A stretch of DNA of 64,000 nucleotides from Armatimonadota bacterium. Its GTDB lineage: Bacteria > Armatimonadota > SYMT01. The number at the start of each line of letters is the position of its first letter. Positions within the stretch are counted from its first letter, which is position 1. Positions 1 to 10,404 of this stretch are shown one piece after another. A model generated the notes under the pieces. That model was not told where the DNA came from. It ran no database searches and saw nothing but the letters and a program-made list of their open reading frames with translations. The stretch covers positions 192,001-256,000 of the forward strand of contig JAWLHY010000003.1 of NCBI GenBank assembly GCA_041690135.1, read 5' to 3'. The position numbers were made by a program, and so were the translations under genes.

Positions 1-520
1 CCCGGGGCGACACTTCACCCTGCTCCAGCAGCGCCAGCACGCACGCGTGCCGCTCAGGATTGAGCCTTCGCTGCATCAGCTTCCCGAACTCGGCCTGTAC
101 CAGCGCGACCCACTCATCCCCCGTTTCGCCGGCCAGGAGGACGTGGTGCCGGGCCTCGTCAGCCAGGGCCGGTGAGCGCTGTGAGAAGGTAACTACCAGC
201 GATTCCGGGACATCGGCGCGGGCCAGGACGGCCCCGGACACGAACTCCGGGAGCTTCCGCATGAAGTCCGGGTCTTCGAGCAGCAGGAGGGGAAGGACCG
301 GGTTCTCCAGCAGTGCCTCCGGAAACTGCTCGAAGGCTTGCCGGAGGAGACTCGGCGGCGCGTTGGGGTTCCGGGCGATCGCGGCCCGCAACTCCCGGCG
401 CAGGGCACGCCGGAAATCCCACCCGTCGAAGAGCTCCTCCAGCCGCTCCGGCGGCGTGGATGGGTCGGCCGCATCCAGCCGCGCCCGCTCGATCTCCAGA
501 ACCAGGTCACGCTTCGACAC
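1..520 (-). CDS. LRV/HEAT-like repeat protein, N-terminal part (runs off the left edge)
   Basis: Not in the ORF track. Read by hand from GTG 520 (GAGGAG upstream): VSKRDLVLEIERARLDAADPSTPPERLEEL...AAIARNPNAPPSLL...LLENPVLPLLLLEDPDF...ADEARHHVLLAGE, clearly paralogous to the N-terminus of 4700..6775. Confidence 0.8.
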   Translation of the reverse strand, partial: MSKRDLVLEIERARLDAADPSTPPERLEELFDGWDFRRALRRELRAAIARNPNAPPSLLRQAFEQFPEALLENPVLPLLLLEDPDFMRKLPEFVSGAVLARADVPESLVVTFSQRSPALADEARHHVLLAGETGDEWVALVQAEFGKLMQRRLNPERHACVLALLEQGEVSPR

Positions 521-928
521 GAGAGTGGATGATGCTCCTCGACATCGGTGAGCGTGCCAGCGCAATGCTGGCACCCAACAACTGGCGTCTCAACTTTCGG
601 CTCCTTTCCGCTGGATGGAGCGAGGGTCCTCCTCTCCATCACACCTGCTCGCACGGCAGTTCCCAACGCCAAACCGCATCACCCGGGCTGACCAGACGAC
701 TTCCTGCGATGCAATGTGATGCAACGTTGCGGATCCCGAACATCTGCTAAATTAGTTCGAAGTTAGGTGTTCACACTAATTTTCTTAAGAAAGTACTGAG
801 ATTTGGCACATGCGACGGTTACCGGGAGGTAGGTAGCACTGTTAGGGTGCAAAGTAGAGTAAGCCCAGCCAATCAGGCGGCAGGAGTGCTAACCTGCCAC
901 GGGTTCTCTCAATTGTGGAGGGAGTCAG

Positions 929-1732
929 ATGAACCAGCGAAAGGGGTTCACGCTCATCGAGCTACTGGTGGTGATTGCCATCATAGCCATCTTGGCCGCA
1001 ATACTTTTCCCGGTCTTCGCACGAGCGCGTGAGGCGGCCCGCGCGACCAGTTGCAAGAGCAATCTCAAGCAGCTTGCGCTCGGCATCTCCATGTACGTGC
1101 AGGACTACGACGAGCTGTACATGAGCCGCAGCATGCCGTTCGTCGGCACTGCAGGCACCCACTGGGGATACGCGATTGCTCCGTACACGAAGAACCTGAA
1201 CATCCACCAGTGTCCTTCGAACCCGCAGCGGAACGCGAATACCAGCCAGGCGCCTCCACCGGGCTCCGGGCTCCCGCAGATGAAACGGTCCTACGGAGTC
1301 AACGCCTGGTTCCTCCAGGACCCCGGCTTCAATGGCCAGGTGATGAACAACTACAACGTGGGACAGGCCCAGATTGCCGATCCGGCCGAACGGATTATGA
1401 TTGGCGAGCTCATGGACGGGCACAACGACTACGTCGGCGGAATCTGGAACGGCACAGGTAACTACGCGGCAACGACCCGGCCACCGACCAGCCGTGGTTT
1501 CGCCGGACATAGCGGCATGATGAACGTGGCCTTCTTCGACGGCCACGTGAAAGCTATGAAGCCAAGTCAGACCGTGAGCGGCAAGCTGATGTGGGTTCCG
1601 AACATGCAGAGTGCGGACCCCGCCCAGTGCCCCAACTTCACCACGGGCGTGCGCGCTTCCGGGACGGCCAGTGCCCAGCAGTGTACGGACCTCAAGCTCG
1701 GTATGCAGGCGCTTGAGGCCGTTTGGAACTAG
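929..1732 (+). CDS. Prepilin-type N-terminal cleavage/methylation protein, DUF1559/H-X9-DG family (#1)
   Basis: KG|[50 protein letters not shown]; GGAG RBS upstream. Confidence 0.93.
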   Translation: MNQRKGFTLIELLVVIAIIAILAAILFPVFARAREAARATSCKSNLKQLALGISMYVQDYDELYMSRSMPFVGTAGTHWGYAIAPYTKNLNIHQCPSNPQRNANTSQAPPPGSGLPQMKRSYGVNAWFLQDPGFNGQVMNNYNVGQAQIADPAERIMIGELMDGHNDYVGGIWNGTGNYAATTRPPTSRGFAGHSGMMNVAFFDGHVKAMKPSQTVSGKLMWVPNMQSADPAQCPNFTTGVRASGTASAQQCTDLKLGMQALEAVWN

Positions 1733-1843
1733 ATGGCGAGAACACTCTGAACGCCGACTTCGTAAGAGAGGGGGGAGGGCGCTTCGCTCCTCCCTCCTCT
1801 TGCGGAATACTACGCCGCACCGCTCCGCACCGGTCTCTTCTGC

Positions 1844-3019
1844 ATGTCGCTGCGCATTCTCATCCTGGCCGCCTCGGTACTGATCAGTATTGGAGCCGCC
1901 GTTCTCCTCTTGGGAGGTAGCCGCCCTCCCTCGCAAGACCTGGCGACGGCCCAGCGTCGGCTCGAGGCAGGTACCGCCAGCCCGGCCGAAATCGTGGCGC
2001 TGGGAGAGAAGTTCCTCCAACGCGGGGAGCTCTTGAAAGCCGCCGAAATGGGGTTTCGCGCCCGCAAGGCCGATCCACGGCTTCCCGCACCCCACCTCCT
2101 TCTCGCTACGCTCTACACGCAAAGCCAGGAGCCGGAGAAGGCGCGTGCCTCCTACCAGGATGCCGTCCGGGTCGCTCCCGAATTACTCGTCCCCCGGCTT
2201 AACCTGGCCCGCTTCGAACTTGAGCAGCGGAACGGCCCAGCCGCGCTGGAGCACGCGCAGGCGGCCGTCAACATCGACCGGAACAGCGCCGAGGCGTGGC
2301 TCCTCGCCGGCAGGATACAGCGCCTGTTCAAGAGCGACGGGACCTCCGCGTCCTCCTACCGCCGCGCGATTACCCTCAACCCGGAGCTGGCCGAGGCCCA
2401 TCTGGAGTTGGGGGTGCTGTCGCTGGATTTCGACAAGTACTCGGAGGCCGTCGCTCCGTTGGAGCGCGCCTACGAATTGGGCCTGCGTACCCCACAACTG
2501 ATGTCCTGCCTGGCACTGGCCCTGGTGGCGGGACCGGGCGGCGACGACGCCGCTACGCGCGCCGAGCAGTTGCTGAAGGAAGCGGGAAGGCCGGAGATGC
2601 CGGCCTCCTGGTTTGCCCAGGGTCTGCTGCACCACCGCAGCCGGGACCTCCCGCGGGCCTGTGAAACATTCGAAAGGGTCCTGCGCGCTAACCCCCGCAA
2701 TGAACGCGCCCAGTATGCACTCGCCATGGCTTACCGCGATGCCGGGCGGAAGACGCTGGCCCAAAAGGCCATACGGCGTCACGATCTCCTGGTGCGTCGG
2801 CGCCAAGCCTTACGGCAGTTCTCCCAGGGAATCACCGAGGAACCCAATTCACCCTCCCGGCGCAAGGCCTATGGACAGGCGCTGTTCGAGATCGGGGACT
2901 TCCGGGCGGCGGAAGCGCAATTCCGCGCCTGGTGCGAATTGGCGTCGAAGAACGCGGAAGCCAAACAGTGGCTGCGCCGGGCTCGGGAAAAGCTGCGCGA
3001 ACAAGACGGGGCTCGATGA
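1844..3019 (+). CDS. Membrane-anchored or secreted TPR repeat protein
   Basis: N-terminal hydrophobic segment; repeated TPR patterns (AEAWLLAG, AEAHLELG, AQYALAMAY). Confidence 0.85.
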   Translation: MSLRILILAASVLISIGAAVLLLGGSRPPSQDLATAQRRLEAGTASPAEIVALGEKFLQRGELLKAAEMGFRARKADPRLPAPHLLLATLYTQSQEPEKARASYQDAVRVAPELLVPRLNLARFELEQRNGPAALEHAQAAVNIDRNSAEAWLLAGRIQRLFKSDGTSASSYRRAITLNPELAEAHLELGVLSLDFDKYSEAVAPLERAYELGLRTPQLMSCLALALVAGPGGDDAATRAEQLLKEAGRPEMPASWFAQGLLHHRSRDLPRACETFERVLRANPRNERAQYALAMAYRDAGRKTLAQKAIRRHDLLVRRRQALRQFSQGITEEPNSPSRRKAYGQALFEIGDFRAAEAQFRAWCELASKNAEAKQWLRRAREKLREQDGAR

Positions 3020-4683
3020 GTAACCGATACCCTTCCCGCACCACGTTCGCCATACTGGCCGCTGCCGCAAGTTTGACCGGCTGCCAACCCCCCCGGCAGT
3101 CTCAGCGTGCCCCGGCTCCGGAGACTCCGCAGTTCGTGAATCGGACCGCGGAGTCCGGGATCGACTTCGAGCAACGCAGCGGTGCGGAGAAGGTTCTCGA
3201 TATCGTGCAGACTTCCGCCGGCGGGGTTGGGGTCCTCGACTACGATGGCGACGGTTGGCTGGATCTCTACTTTGTGCAGGGGCAACACCGGAACGGCGCG
3301 GGCGGCGGTAACCGGCTATACCGGAACCGCGGCAACGGCACCTACGAGGATGTTACCGAACGCGCCGGGGTGCGCGGTCGCGGCTACGGCATGGGCTGCG
3401 CGGTCGGCGATTTCAATGCGGATGGATGGCCGGACCTCTTCGTCTGCAACCACGGAACCAGCCAACTGTTTCAGAACCGCGGTGATGGAACCTTTGAGGA
3501 TGTCACCGCGAAGACCGCCGCGGACGTGCGGGGGTGCAGCATCAGCGCGGTGTTCACCGACCTCGACCAGGATGGCTGGCCGGACCTGTACGTCGCCCGC
3601 TACATCCGCCTGGCGCCGGACAGTCGCATGCTCTGCACCAGCAGCGGCCTGCCGGTGAGCTGCGATCCGCAGGCCTACCCCGCGCAGCCCGGCGTGTTTC
3701 TCCGCAACGAGCAGGGCCGCCGCTTCGTGGACCGGACTCTTCCGGCGGATCTCCTGAATGAGGGCCGGGGAATGGCGGCCCTGGCGGCGCACCTGAACGA
3801 CGACTCCCGGTTGGACCTGTTCATTACCAATGACACGAGCGCCAACGCCCTGTTCCTGGCGAAGCCCGGTGGCAGCTTCGAGTCGGCGGGCGCGCTCTCC
3901 GGGGTAGCTTACGGCGAGTTGGGGGTGGCCGAAGCCAACATGGGGTGTGATGCCGGCGATTTCAACGGGGACGGCCGGCTCGATCTTTTTGTGGGCGTGA
4001 TGCAGGACCGCGCCAGCCTGCTGTTCCGGAATGAAGGCGGCGGGCTGTTTACCCTGGTGACCCGCGAGGCTGGGTTGGCCGAGGCCAGTAGTCCCGTCGT
4101 CACCTGGGGAGTGGGTTTCCTGGATTTCGATCAGGACGGCGACCTCGATCTCTTCCAGGCGAACGGGCACGTCAACACCCTCGCCGCGGAGGTCAACCCG
4201 ACGCACCGCTTTCTGCAGCCACGTCAGCTCTTCGAGAATGACGGAGCGGGGCGGTTTACGGATGCGAGCGCACGCGGCGGCCCCGCCATGACCACCCCCG
4301 CCGCGGGTCGCGGCGCCGCCTTCGGTGACCTGGACAACGACGGGGATGTAGACATCGTGGTGAACAACCTGGATGGCCCGCCGTCCGTGCTCTTCAACCA
4401 GGCGGAGAAGTCCGGAAGCCACTGGCTGCAGATACGCCTGGTGGGGAAGCATCCCAATTCCAGCCCTGAGGGCACGCTGGCACGGCTTTCCGTTGGTGAA
4501 CGCACCCTAACCCGCCACCTCCACCGCGGCTACAGCTATGCATCCGCCAGCGACCCCCGGCTCCACTTCGGCCTGGGACCCGCCACCCAGGTGGGACCGC
4601 TCGTCGTCACCTGGCCGGACGGTACTCGCCAGGAAGTCGCCGTACCGGGCATCGACCGGGAGTTGACCGTGCGCCAGCCCTAG
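3016..4683 (+). CDS. CRTAC1/ASPIC-UnbV family FG-GAP repeat lipoprotein
   Basis: ATG 3016 overlaps the TPR stop (ATGA); lipobox LTGC; DYDGDGWLDL, DFNGDGRLDL and DLDNDGDVD repeats; C-terminal YASASDPRLHFGLG...VTWPDG. Confidence 0.9.
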   Translation: MSNRYPSRTTFAILAAAASLTGCQPPRQSQRAPAPETPQFVNRTAESGIDFEQRSGAEKVLDIVQTSAGGVGVLDYDGDGWLDLYFVQGQHRNGAGGGNRLYRNRGNGTYEDVTERAGVRGRGYGMGCAVGDFNADGWPDLFVCNHGTSQLFQNRGDGTFEDVTAKTAADVRGCSISAVFTDLDQDGWPDLYVARYIRLAPDSRMLCTSSGLPVSCDPQAYPAQPGVFLRNEQGRRFVDRTLPADLLNEGRGMAALAAHLNDDSRLDLFITNDTSANALFLAKPGGSFESAGALSGVAYGELGVAEANMGCDAGDFNGDGRLDLFVGVMQDRASLLFRNEGGGLFTLVTREAGLAEASSPVVTWGVGFLDFDQDGDLDLFQANGHVNTLAAEVNPTHRFLQPRQLFENDGAGRFTDASARGGPAMTTPAAGRGAAFGDLDNDGDVDIVVNNLDGPPSVLFNQAEKSGSHWLQIRLVGKHPNSSPEGTLARLSVGERTLTRHLHRGYSYASASDPRLHFGLGPATQVGPLVVTWPDGTRQEVAVPGIDRELTVRQP

Positions 4684-4699
4684 AACCTGCCGGCCGGCT

Positions 4700-6775
4700 T
4701 CACTCCGGCTCCCAAGCCCTCGGGGGTACCTCTCCCGCCAGTTGCGACCGTGCCGCGGCCCGGACGAGGCGGTTCCCGTCGCACGCGAGACGGCTGAGTA
4801 GCTCGGGGCCTGCCTTCGGGTTCAGTGCCACGGCCAGGCGGCATTCCCAATAGCGGTGAATTGCCCCCTTCCGGAGGCCCTCCGCCGGCTGCTCCGGATG
4901 GGAAAGCGCCAGGAGCTGGCACAGGTCCAGGCCGTGCTCGCTGGCCTGGCAGAGGGCGGCCCCCCGGAGCGCCGCTTCCGTCGCCGCTGACCGCCGGGGA
5001 TGGCGCCGGACCGCGCGGCGCACTTCGAGATCAGCATCGCCGGCCAGGCGGTTCAGGATCTCCGGTGGGAGTTCCGGCTTGCGGGCCACTACCAACCGCA
5101 CCTCCGTGGCCTGCGCCCCGGCGAGGCACTCCAGTACCGCAAAAGTCCCGTGCATGGCAACCAGTGCTTCCGCCACCGTATCGCTCCAGCACTGCGCGGT
5201 CAGCCGGTCCAAGTGTTCGGGAGTCAGGCGGGGATTACCGGCGAGGGAGAAGAGGATCCGGGGAGTGCTGCTCTGCGAAAGGCGCTCCAACGCGGCCTCC
5301 GGTGCGGAAGGATTGCCGGCCACCGCCGCCCGGACCTCCCACTGGAGATCCTGCGAGAGCAGGTCCAGCATTTCCGCCGCTTCTGCCGGGTTCGCCGCGA
5401 TCTCTCGACGCCGGCGCATCCCCAGCCCCTGAAGGCGCTCAGCGGGGGGCCGCTGCCGGTCCGGCTCGCTCGGGAGCGAGCCGGCAGCCACCGAGTTGGC
5501 CTCATACCCAGGGGGTAGTGCGTGTGATACTGCCCCGTGAATGGAAGGATCGCCCGCAGCCATCCGCGCCCTCCCAGGTAAGGGGCGCTGTCGCGTCCGG
5601 TACTCCCCATCAAGCCGCTGCTTCCGAACCTCTGCCGGGGCGGCCGGGTTCCTCACCGCGCCCAGCCGCACCGCAGGCTCGACATCCGACGCCAGCGCAA
5701 TAAGCGCCTCCGCCGGACACGCGGGGTTCCGCGCCACGGCACTCCGTACCCTTTCCGCAGTATCGCCAGCCAGTTGGGTCAACCGTTCCCCAGGAGTGGT
5801 CGGGTGGCGTCCGACGGCGGCTCGAATCCGCGCCTCGGGATCCTCGGCCAGGCGCGCCAGTAGTTCCGGCCCCGCCGACGGGTTGCGAGCCACCGCCAGG
5901 CGCACCCGCAGGTAGCGGGATCCCGCCAGGTCCGCCAGGACCTCCGGAGGCGTGGCGGGGTGCGCGGCCACCTCGCGCTGGACGGTCAGGTCTCCCACCT
6001 CCGCCAGGCGCGCCAGAAGGTGCGGGGGCGTGCGCGGATGGCGGGCCGCAAGACGGCGCAGCCAACCGTCGTTCCCGGCCAGCCAGCACAGGGGTTCGGG
6101 ATCGACCTCCGGGTCCGGCGCCCCTCTTCCGCGAAGGTCGCGGGTTCCGGTGACCTTCCGCAGCAAATCCAGCAGCGGCCGGTAGGCGGCATTCCGGGTG
6201 GCGCCGCGGAGCAGGACCTGTCGCACCGGATAGGCGGAGCTGGCGCCGACCGCGCGGGCCGCCACTTCCACCGGAACCAACCCGAGTTCGATCAATTCGA
6301 GCAGGAACGGCGACAGGTGCAACGACGGGGCCCGCAGGACATTGTGGGCCTCTTCCCTCCACTCCGCGCCGGCTTCTCCCGCCAGGCGCACGTGCTGGGC
6401 GGCTTCGGTAGCCAGCCGGGGTTCCCGGTGGGCCAGGAGCGCCGAGAGGAAGAAGTGGGGGAGGTCCTCTTCACGGAGGAGGTTCTGCAGGGCCGCCCGG
6501 TCACAACGGGAAAGGAAACCCGGATCTTCCAGCAGATAGAGCGGCAGCGCCGGGTTCTTCAGCGCCTGGAGCGCGGGCCCGTCGAAGAAGAGGAAGCAAA
6601 GGATCTCCGGCGGGAGGTTGGGATTGGCCGCCGCGCCACAGATCACCGGGGATTGTTTGCGATCCGCATCCAGTTCTTCCCGGCAGAGCTCGACCAGGCG
6701 CGCGGAGGGCGTGGTCGGATCGGCCGCTTCCTGCAGACGGCGCGCTTGCGAGCTGCGCTTTCCCTGCTTTGGCAT
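4700..6775 (-). CDS. LRV/HEAT-like repeat protein
   Basis: Many 'VR.AVA.(N/H)P.TP.E.L..LA.D' repeats; AGGAG upstream. Confidence 0.85.
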   Translation of the reverse strand: MPKQGKRSSQARRLQEAADPTTPSARLVELCREELDADRKQSPVICGAAANPNLPPEILCFLFFDGPALQALKNPALPLYLLEDPGFLSRCDRAALQNLLREEDLPHFFLSALLAHREPRLATEAAQHVRLAGEAGAEWREEAHNVLRAPSLHLSPFLLELIELGLVPVEVAARAVGASSAYPVRQVLLRGATRNAAYRPLLDLLRKVTGTRDLRGRGAPDPEVDPEPLCWLAGNDGWLRRLAARHPRTPPHLLARLAEVGDLTVQREVAAHPATPPEVLADLAGSRYLRVRLAVARNPSAGPELLARLAEDPEARIRAAVGRHPTTPGERLTQLAGDTAERVRSAVARNPACPAEALIALASDVEPAVRLGAVRNPAAPAEVRKQRLDGEYRTRQRPLPGRARMAAGDPSIHGAVSHALPPGYEANSVAAGSLPSEPDRQRPPAERLQGLGMRRRREIAANPAEAAEMLDLLSQDLQWEVRAAVAGNPSAPEAALERLSQSSTPRILFSLAGNPRLTPEHLDRLTAQCWSDTVAEALVAMHGTFAVLECLAGAQATEVRLVVARKPELPPEILNRLAGDADLEVRRAVRRHPRRSAATEAALRGAALCQASEHGLDLCQLLALSHPEQPAEGLRKGAIHRYWECRLAVALNPKAGPELLSRLACDGNRLVRAAARSQLAGEVPPRAWEPE

Positions 6776-6783
6776 GGCGTCTC

Positions 6784-8133
6784 CTAACCTTTGGGGAACG
6801 TCATCGGGGTATCCGGGAGCGGCTCACCCGCCAGCTTTACCAGCGCGGTTGCCCGGACCAACCGGTTCCCGTCCTCACTCAGCAGGAGCACCAACGTCCG
6901 GGGAGCCTCTGGATGCAGCAAGACCCCCAGGCGGTCCGACCACTCGAGGGAGGCTGCCGCGCGCTCCAGAACCTGCAGCGGGGTGCCGGCGCGGGAAAGC
7001 GCCCAGTACCGGCAGAGCGGCTCCGGAGCACGGGCTGCCTCTTCCAGGACCCTCCTTTGGAGAGTAGCTTGCTCCTCTTCCGTCCGGTCCTGGCGCCGAA
7101 AGAGCGCCACCTGGACCACCGGGTCCGTGTCCCGCAGCAGTTCCCGGCGCATCCACGCCGGCAATTCCGGATGCGCGGCGGCCGCCCGCCGCACCTCACG
7201 GGAAGGAAATCCGGAGTTCCGTTGCCGCGCCAGCTGGCGCCAGATCTGCTCCAGGAGTTCCGCCGTGGCATGGGGGTGCTTCGCCAGCCTTTCCACCAGC
7301 GGCAAGTCACCTACCCCACGCCGTTCGGAAAGGCGCAGCAGGACCTGGGCTTCCGAGGTGGGGTTCTTCGCCAGGCGCTCCCACACCGTCCTGGAGGGAT
7401 CTTCCACCAGGCGCATCCGGATCTCATGGGGAGTAGAAGGATTACTCGCCACGGCTTCCCGCACCGCACTGCGGGTGTCCGCAGCCAGGATGAAGAGTTC
7501 TTCCGGTGATGCCGCCGGATCGCGCGCGCGCTTGACCCTGAGGTTCGGCGGCATACCTTCGACCGGTGAGAGTACTCCTGGCTTTGTGGATGCTGCGTTG
7601 GCACCGGATCGCAGCCGCCTCGCACCCGGTTTCCGGGCCGGGTGAGTGACCGGACCGGACGGTGCGGCACCGATCTCCTCCAGCGCCAACCAGTGGTCAC
7701 TTCGGACGAGCGGCTGCCTCCCCAGCTCTTCCCGCAGTTCCGCTCGCCAGTCGCCGTCCTGCTTCGCGAGAGATACGTGCAGCCGGGCCGCGGTGGCGAC
7801 CTCCGGAGCCGGGTGTTCCAGGAGGATGCGTGCCCAAACGGCCGGCGCGTCCGCCCGGCAAAGGATCTGTTGCAGGGCGAAGGCCGGCGAACGATGGAAG
7901 CACTCCGGCTGTTCCATGAACAGGAGCGGGACCACTGGGTTCAGCATCACCCGGTACGGATGCCACGGCAGCAGCCACTGGAGAACCTCCAGGGGAGTAT
8001 TGGGGTTCCCGGCAATGCTGTTCAACTGGGCGCTGCGCGGGCCCTGGAGGTTGTAATAGGCGCAGGCGGCGGCAAGCAAGAGATGCGGAGGGAATTCCGG
8101 GTTCTCGTAGATCGCGCTATCGCAGCCACTCAT
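6784..8133 (-). CDS. LRV/HEAT-like repeat protein
   Basis: Same repeat type and C-terminal DGNRLVRA motif as its neighbour; start trimmed to ATG 8133 because the longer ORF overlaps the DHDPS-like gene. Confidence 0.75.
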   Translation of the reverse strand: MSGCDSAIYENPEFPPHLLLAAACAYYNLQGPRSAQLNSIAGNPNTPLEVLQWLLPWHPYRVMLNPVVPLLFMEQPECFHRSPAFALQQILCRADAPAVWARILLEHPAPEVATAARLHVSLAKQDGDWRAELREELGRQPLVRSDHWLALEEIGAAPSGPVTHPARKPGARRLRSGANAASTKPGVLSPVEGMPPNLRVKRARDPAASPEELFILAADTRSAVREAVASNPSTPHEIRMRLVEDPSRTVWERLAKNPTSEAQVLLRLSERRGVGDLPLVERLAKHPHATAELLEQIWRQLARQRNSGFPSREVRRAAAAHPELPAWMRRELLRDTDPVVQVALFRRQDRTEEEQATLQRRVLEEAARAPEPLCRYWALSRAGTPLQVLERAAASLEWSDRLGVLLHPEAPRTLVLLLSEDGNRLVRATALVKLAGEPLPDTPMTFPKG

Positions 8134-9193
8134 CGCGGTGCTCCCGGACGAAGGCATCGTCGTTCTGGTCCGGATAGGCGCGGTAGACGCGATCGATCTC
8201 CTCCGCCTGGCCGGGGGAGAGGCCTTCGCGCTCGTCCAGGCACCAGGTGCCCGCAAGCAAGCCCTGCCGCCGCAGCACCTCGTGCAGGCCGGCGATGCAG
8301 CCATGGAACCCATGCGCCGCATCGAAGAAGGCGGCGTTGGCATCGGTGACCTGCACCGCGCGGCTCAGCCAGGCGGCATCGATCCGCGGCTCCGCGCGGG
8401 CGGCCTTCACTTCTTCCAGGAGTTGAACCGCCTTCCGGGCCCACACCGCCCAGTGGCCCAGCAGTCCCCCGGCGATCCGCAGGCGGACGCTCTGACCCTC
8501 CACCGGAAGCTCCCAGGTGGTGAGGAGATCCAGCACGATGTTGTCGTCGTTGCCGGTGTAGAGGGCGATGTCGTCGCGCCCGGACTCGGCCACGGCGCGG
8601 ACCACGTCCAGCGTCTGGTAACGGTTGAACGGCGCCATCTTGATCGCCACGACGTTGGGAATCTCCACGAAGCGGCGCCAGAACTCGTACCGGAAGACCC
8701 GTCCGCCGACCGCCGGCTGCAAATAGAACCCGAACACCGGGATCGTGTCCGCCACCGTCCGGCAGTGCTGGAGGACGGCTTCGTCCGGCTGCTCCTTCCA
8801 GGCGGAGAGGCTGAGCAGCCCGGCGTGATAGCCATACCGGCGCGCCGTTTCCGCTTCGCGGAACGCCTGCGCGGTATCGCCGCAGAGGCCCGCGATCTTC
8901 GCTACCGGCGCGCCGCCGTCGGGGCGTTCCGCGTCCACCGTTACGGAGGCCAGCTCCAGCACCGGCGCGTACAGACCGCGCTCGCGAATGGTGAACTGCG
9001 TGGTGTGCACCCCCACCGCTACCCCGCCCACGCCGGCCGCGAAGTAGTACCGGGTGAGGGCACGCTGCCGCCGCTCATCCAATTCCCGCTCGGCCGTCAG
9101 CGCCAGGGGATGAGCGGGAATCACCTGCCCCGCCAGAAGGTGAGCCCGCAAAGCTGCCGGATCGAAGAGAGACACTGACTTGGGGCCTGTCAT
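8117..9193 (-). CDS. Dihydrodipicolinate synthase-like class I aldolase/dehydratase family protein
   Basis: VIPAHPLAL, GVHTTQF, FYLQPAVGG, AIKMAPF (Schiff-base Lys), YTGNDD. Confidence 0.85.
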   Translation of the reverse strand: MTGPKSVSLFDPAALRAHLLAGQVIPAHPLALTAERELDERRQRALTRYYFAAGVGGVAVGVHTTQFTIRERGLYAPVLELASVTVDAERPDGGAPVAKIAGLCGDTAQAFREAETARRYGYHAGLLSLSAWKEQPDEAVLQHCRTVADTIPVFGFYLQPAVGGRVFRYEFWRRFVEIPNVVAIKMAPFNRYQTLDVVRAVAESGRDDIALYTGNDDNIVLDLLTTWELPVEGQSVRLRIAGGLLGHWAVWARKAVQLLEEVKAARAEPRIDAAWLSRAVQVTDANAAFFDAAHGFHGCIAGLHEVLRRQGLLAGTWCLDEREGLSPGQAEEIDRVYRAYPDQNDDAFVREHRDEWLR

Positions 9194-9301
9194 GAAAAGG
9201 CTTTCCCTGGTCCTGGCCCGTACGGGCATCGCAGTTTGCAGGTGCAAGTTACGGAGATTGACAAGTAAGTCGCACCTCTGCACTGGGTATGGCCGGTTTC
9301 A

Positions 9302-9351
9302 AGTCCGCGAAGGCGGACTTCGGTCAGTCAGCCACGGATTTGAATCCGTGG
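9302..9351 (+). repeat. Double-hairpin REP-like element, copy 1 (homologous to 36252..36301)
   Basis: AGTCCGCGAAGGCGGACTT plus CCACGGATTTGAATCCGTGG; 46 of 50 nt identical to the second copy. Confidence 0.85.
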
Positions 9352-9354
9352 GGC

Positions 9355-10404
9355 TCAATACTTTCCGTCGCGGGTTTCGTAATGCGTCGGCTTCCCCAGC
9401 AGCCGCCCGCCGCGCGAGAGCCAGCCGGCGACCCAGCCGATCAGGATATCCAACGGTACGGTGGGGTAGCCGAACAGGGCGTGAGCGCGGCCGGCATTGG
9501 AAAGGAGGGCCGTCTCCGCTTCCGTCCCCACGATCCGCGGCTCCCGTCCGAACAACTCTCCAAAGCGCTGTGCGAGCACCCGGACCGAGACGGTCTCCGG
9601 CCCGGTGACGTTCAACGCCAGCGGCGGCGCGGAGGCGTGCGCCAGGCACTGCAGCGCCTGGGCGCCGGCATCCCCCTGCCAGATCACATTGACGTAGCCC
9701 ATCGTCACGTCCACCGGTTCGCCGGCCAGGACCTTCTGCGCCACGTCCACCAGCACCCCGTAGCGCAGGTCGATGGCGTAGTTGAGGCGGAAAAGGACCA
9801 TCGGCGTGCCCTGGGCCCGCGAGAAATAGGTCAGGATCCGCTCCCGGCCGACGCACGAGTTGGCGTAATCGCCCAGCGGTCCCAGTGGGTCTTCCTCCCG
9901 CGATCCCCCGGAGGCCACCGGCACGTTCGGATAGACGCACCCGGTGGAGAAGGCGACGATCCGCGACCCCGCAAACCGCTCGGCGACCAAGGCAGGCACG
10001 TAGGTGTTCATGTGCCAAGTGGCGTCTGGCGCGTCCGTGGTCCCGAACTTTTGCCCGGCCATAAAGACCACGTTGGGGACCTCGGGAAGGCCCGCCACCT
10101 CACCGCGGTCCGTCAGGTCAGCGCGGACCGGCGCTACGCCCACCGCTTCCAGCCCCGCCCGTACCGCCGGGTCCGAAAACCGCGCGACCGCGATGACTCT
10201 CTGGTCCCGGCGGCCCACTTCGTCCAGCGCCCGCCGGGCCATCCGCGCCAGGGTCGGCCCCATCTTCCCGCCCGCCCCCAGGATCAGCAGGTCGCCCTCC
10301 AGCTCCGCAAACGTGGCCAGGAGGCCGGACGTCGGTCGTGAGAGGAGCTCTTCCAGGGCCGCTTCATCGGCCGGTGCTTCGATGGGGAGAAAGGGGGAAG
10401 GCAT
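9355..10404 (-). CDS. NAD-dependent epimerase/dehydratase (extended SDR)
   Basis: LILGAGGKMG Rossmann motif; MAGQKFG, FSTGCVY, YANSCVGRE, RLNYAIDLRYG. Confidence 0.88.
   Translation of the reverse strand: MPSPFLPIEAPADEAALEELLSRPTSGLLATFAELEGDLLILGAGGKMGPTLARMARRALDEVGRRDQRVIAVARFSDPAVRAGLEAVGVAPVRADLTDRGEVAGLPEVPNVVFMAGQKFGTTDAPDATWHMNTYVPALVAERFAGSRIVAFSTGCVYPNVPVASGGSREEDPLGPLGDYANSCVGRERILTYFSRAQGTPMVLFRLNYAIDLRYGVLVDVAQKVLAGEPVDVTMGYVNVIWQGDAGAQALQCLAHASAPPLALNVTGPETVSVRVLAQRFGELFGREPRIVGTEAETALLSNAGRAHALFGYPTVPLDILIGWVAGWLSRGGRLLGKPTHYETRDGKY

Noticed and set aside
834-892. CIRCE element (TAGCACT ... GAGTGCTAA)
   Set aside because: The half-sites are about 43 nt apart instead of 9, and no chaperone gene follows.
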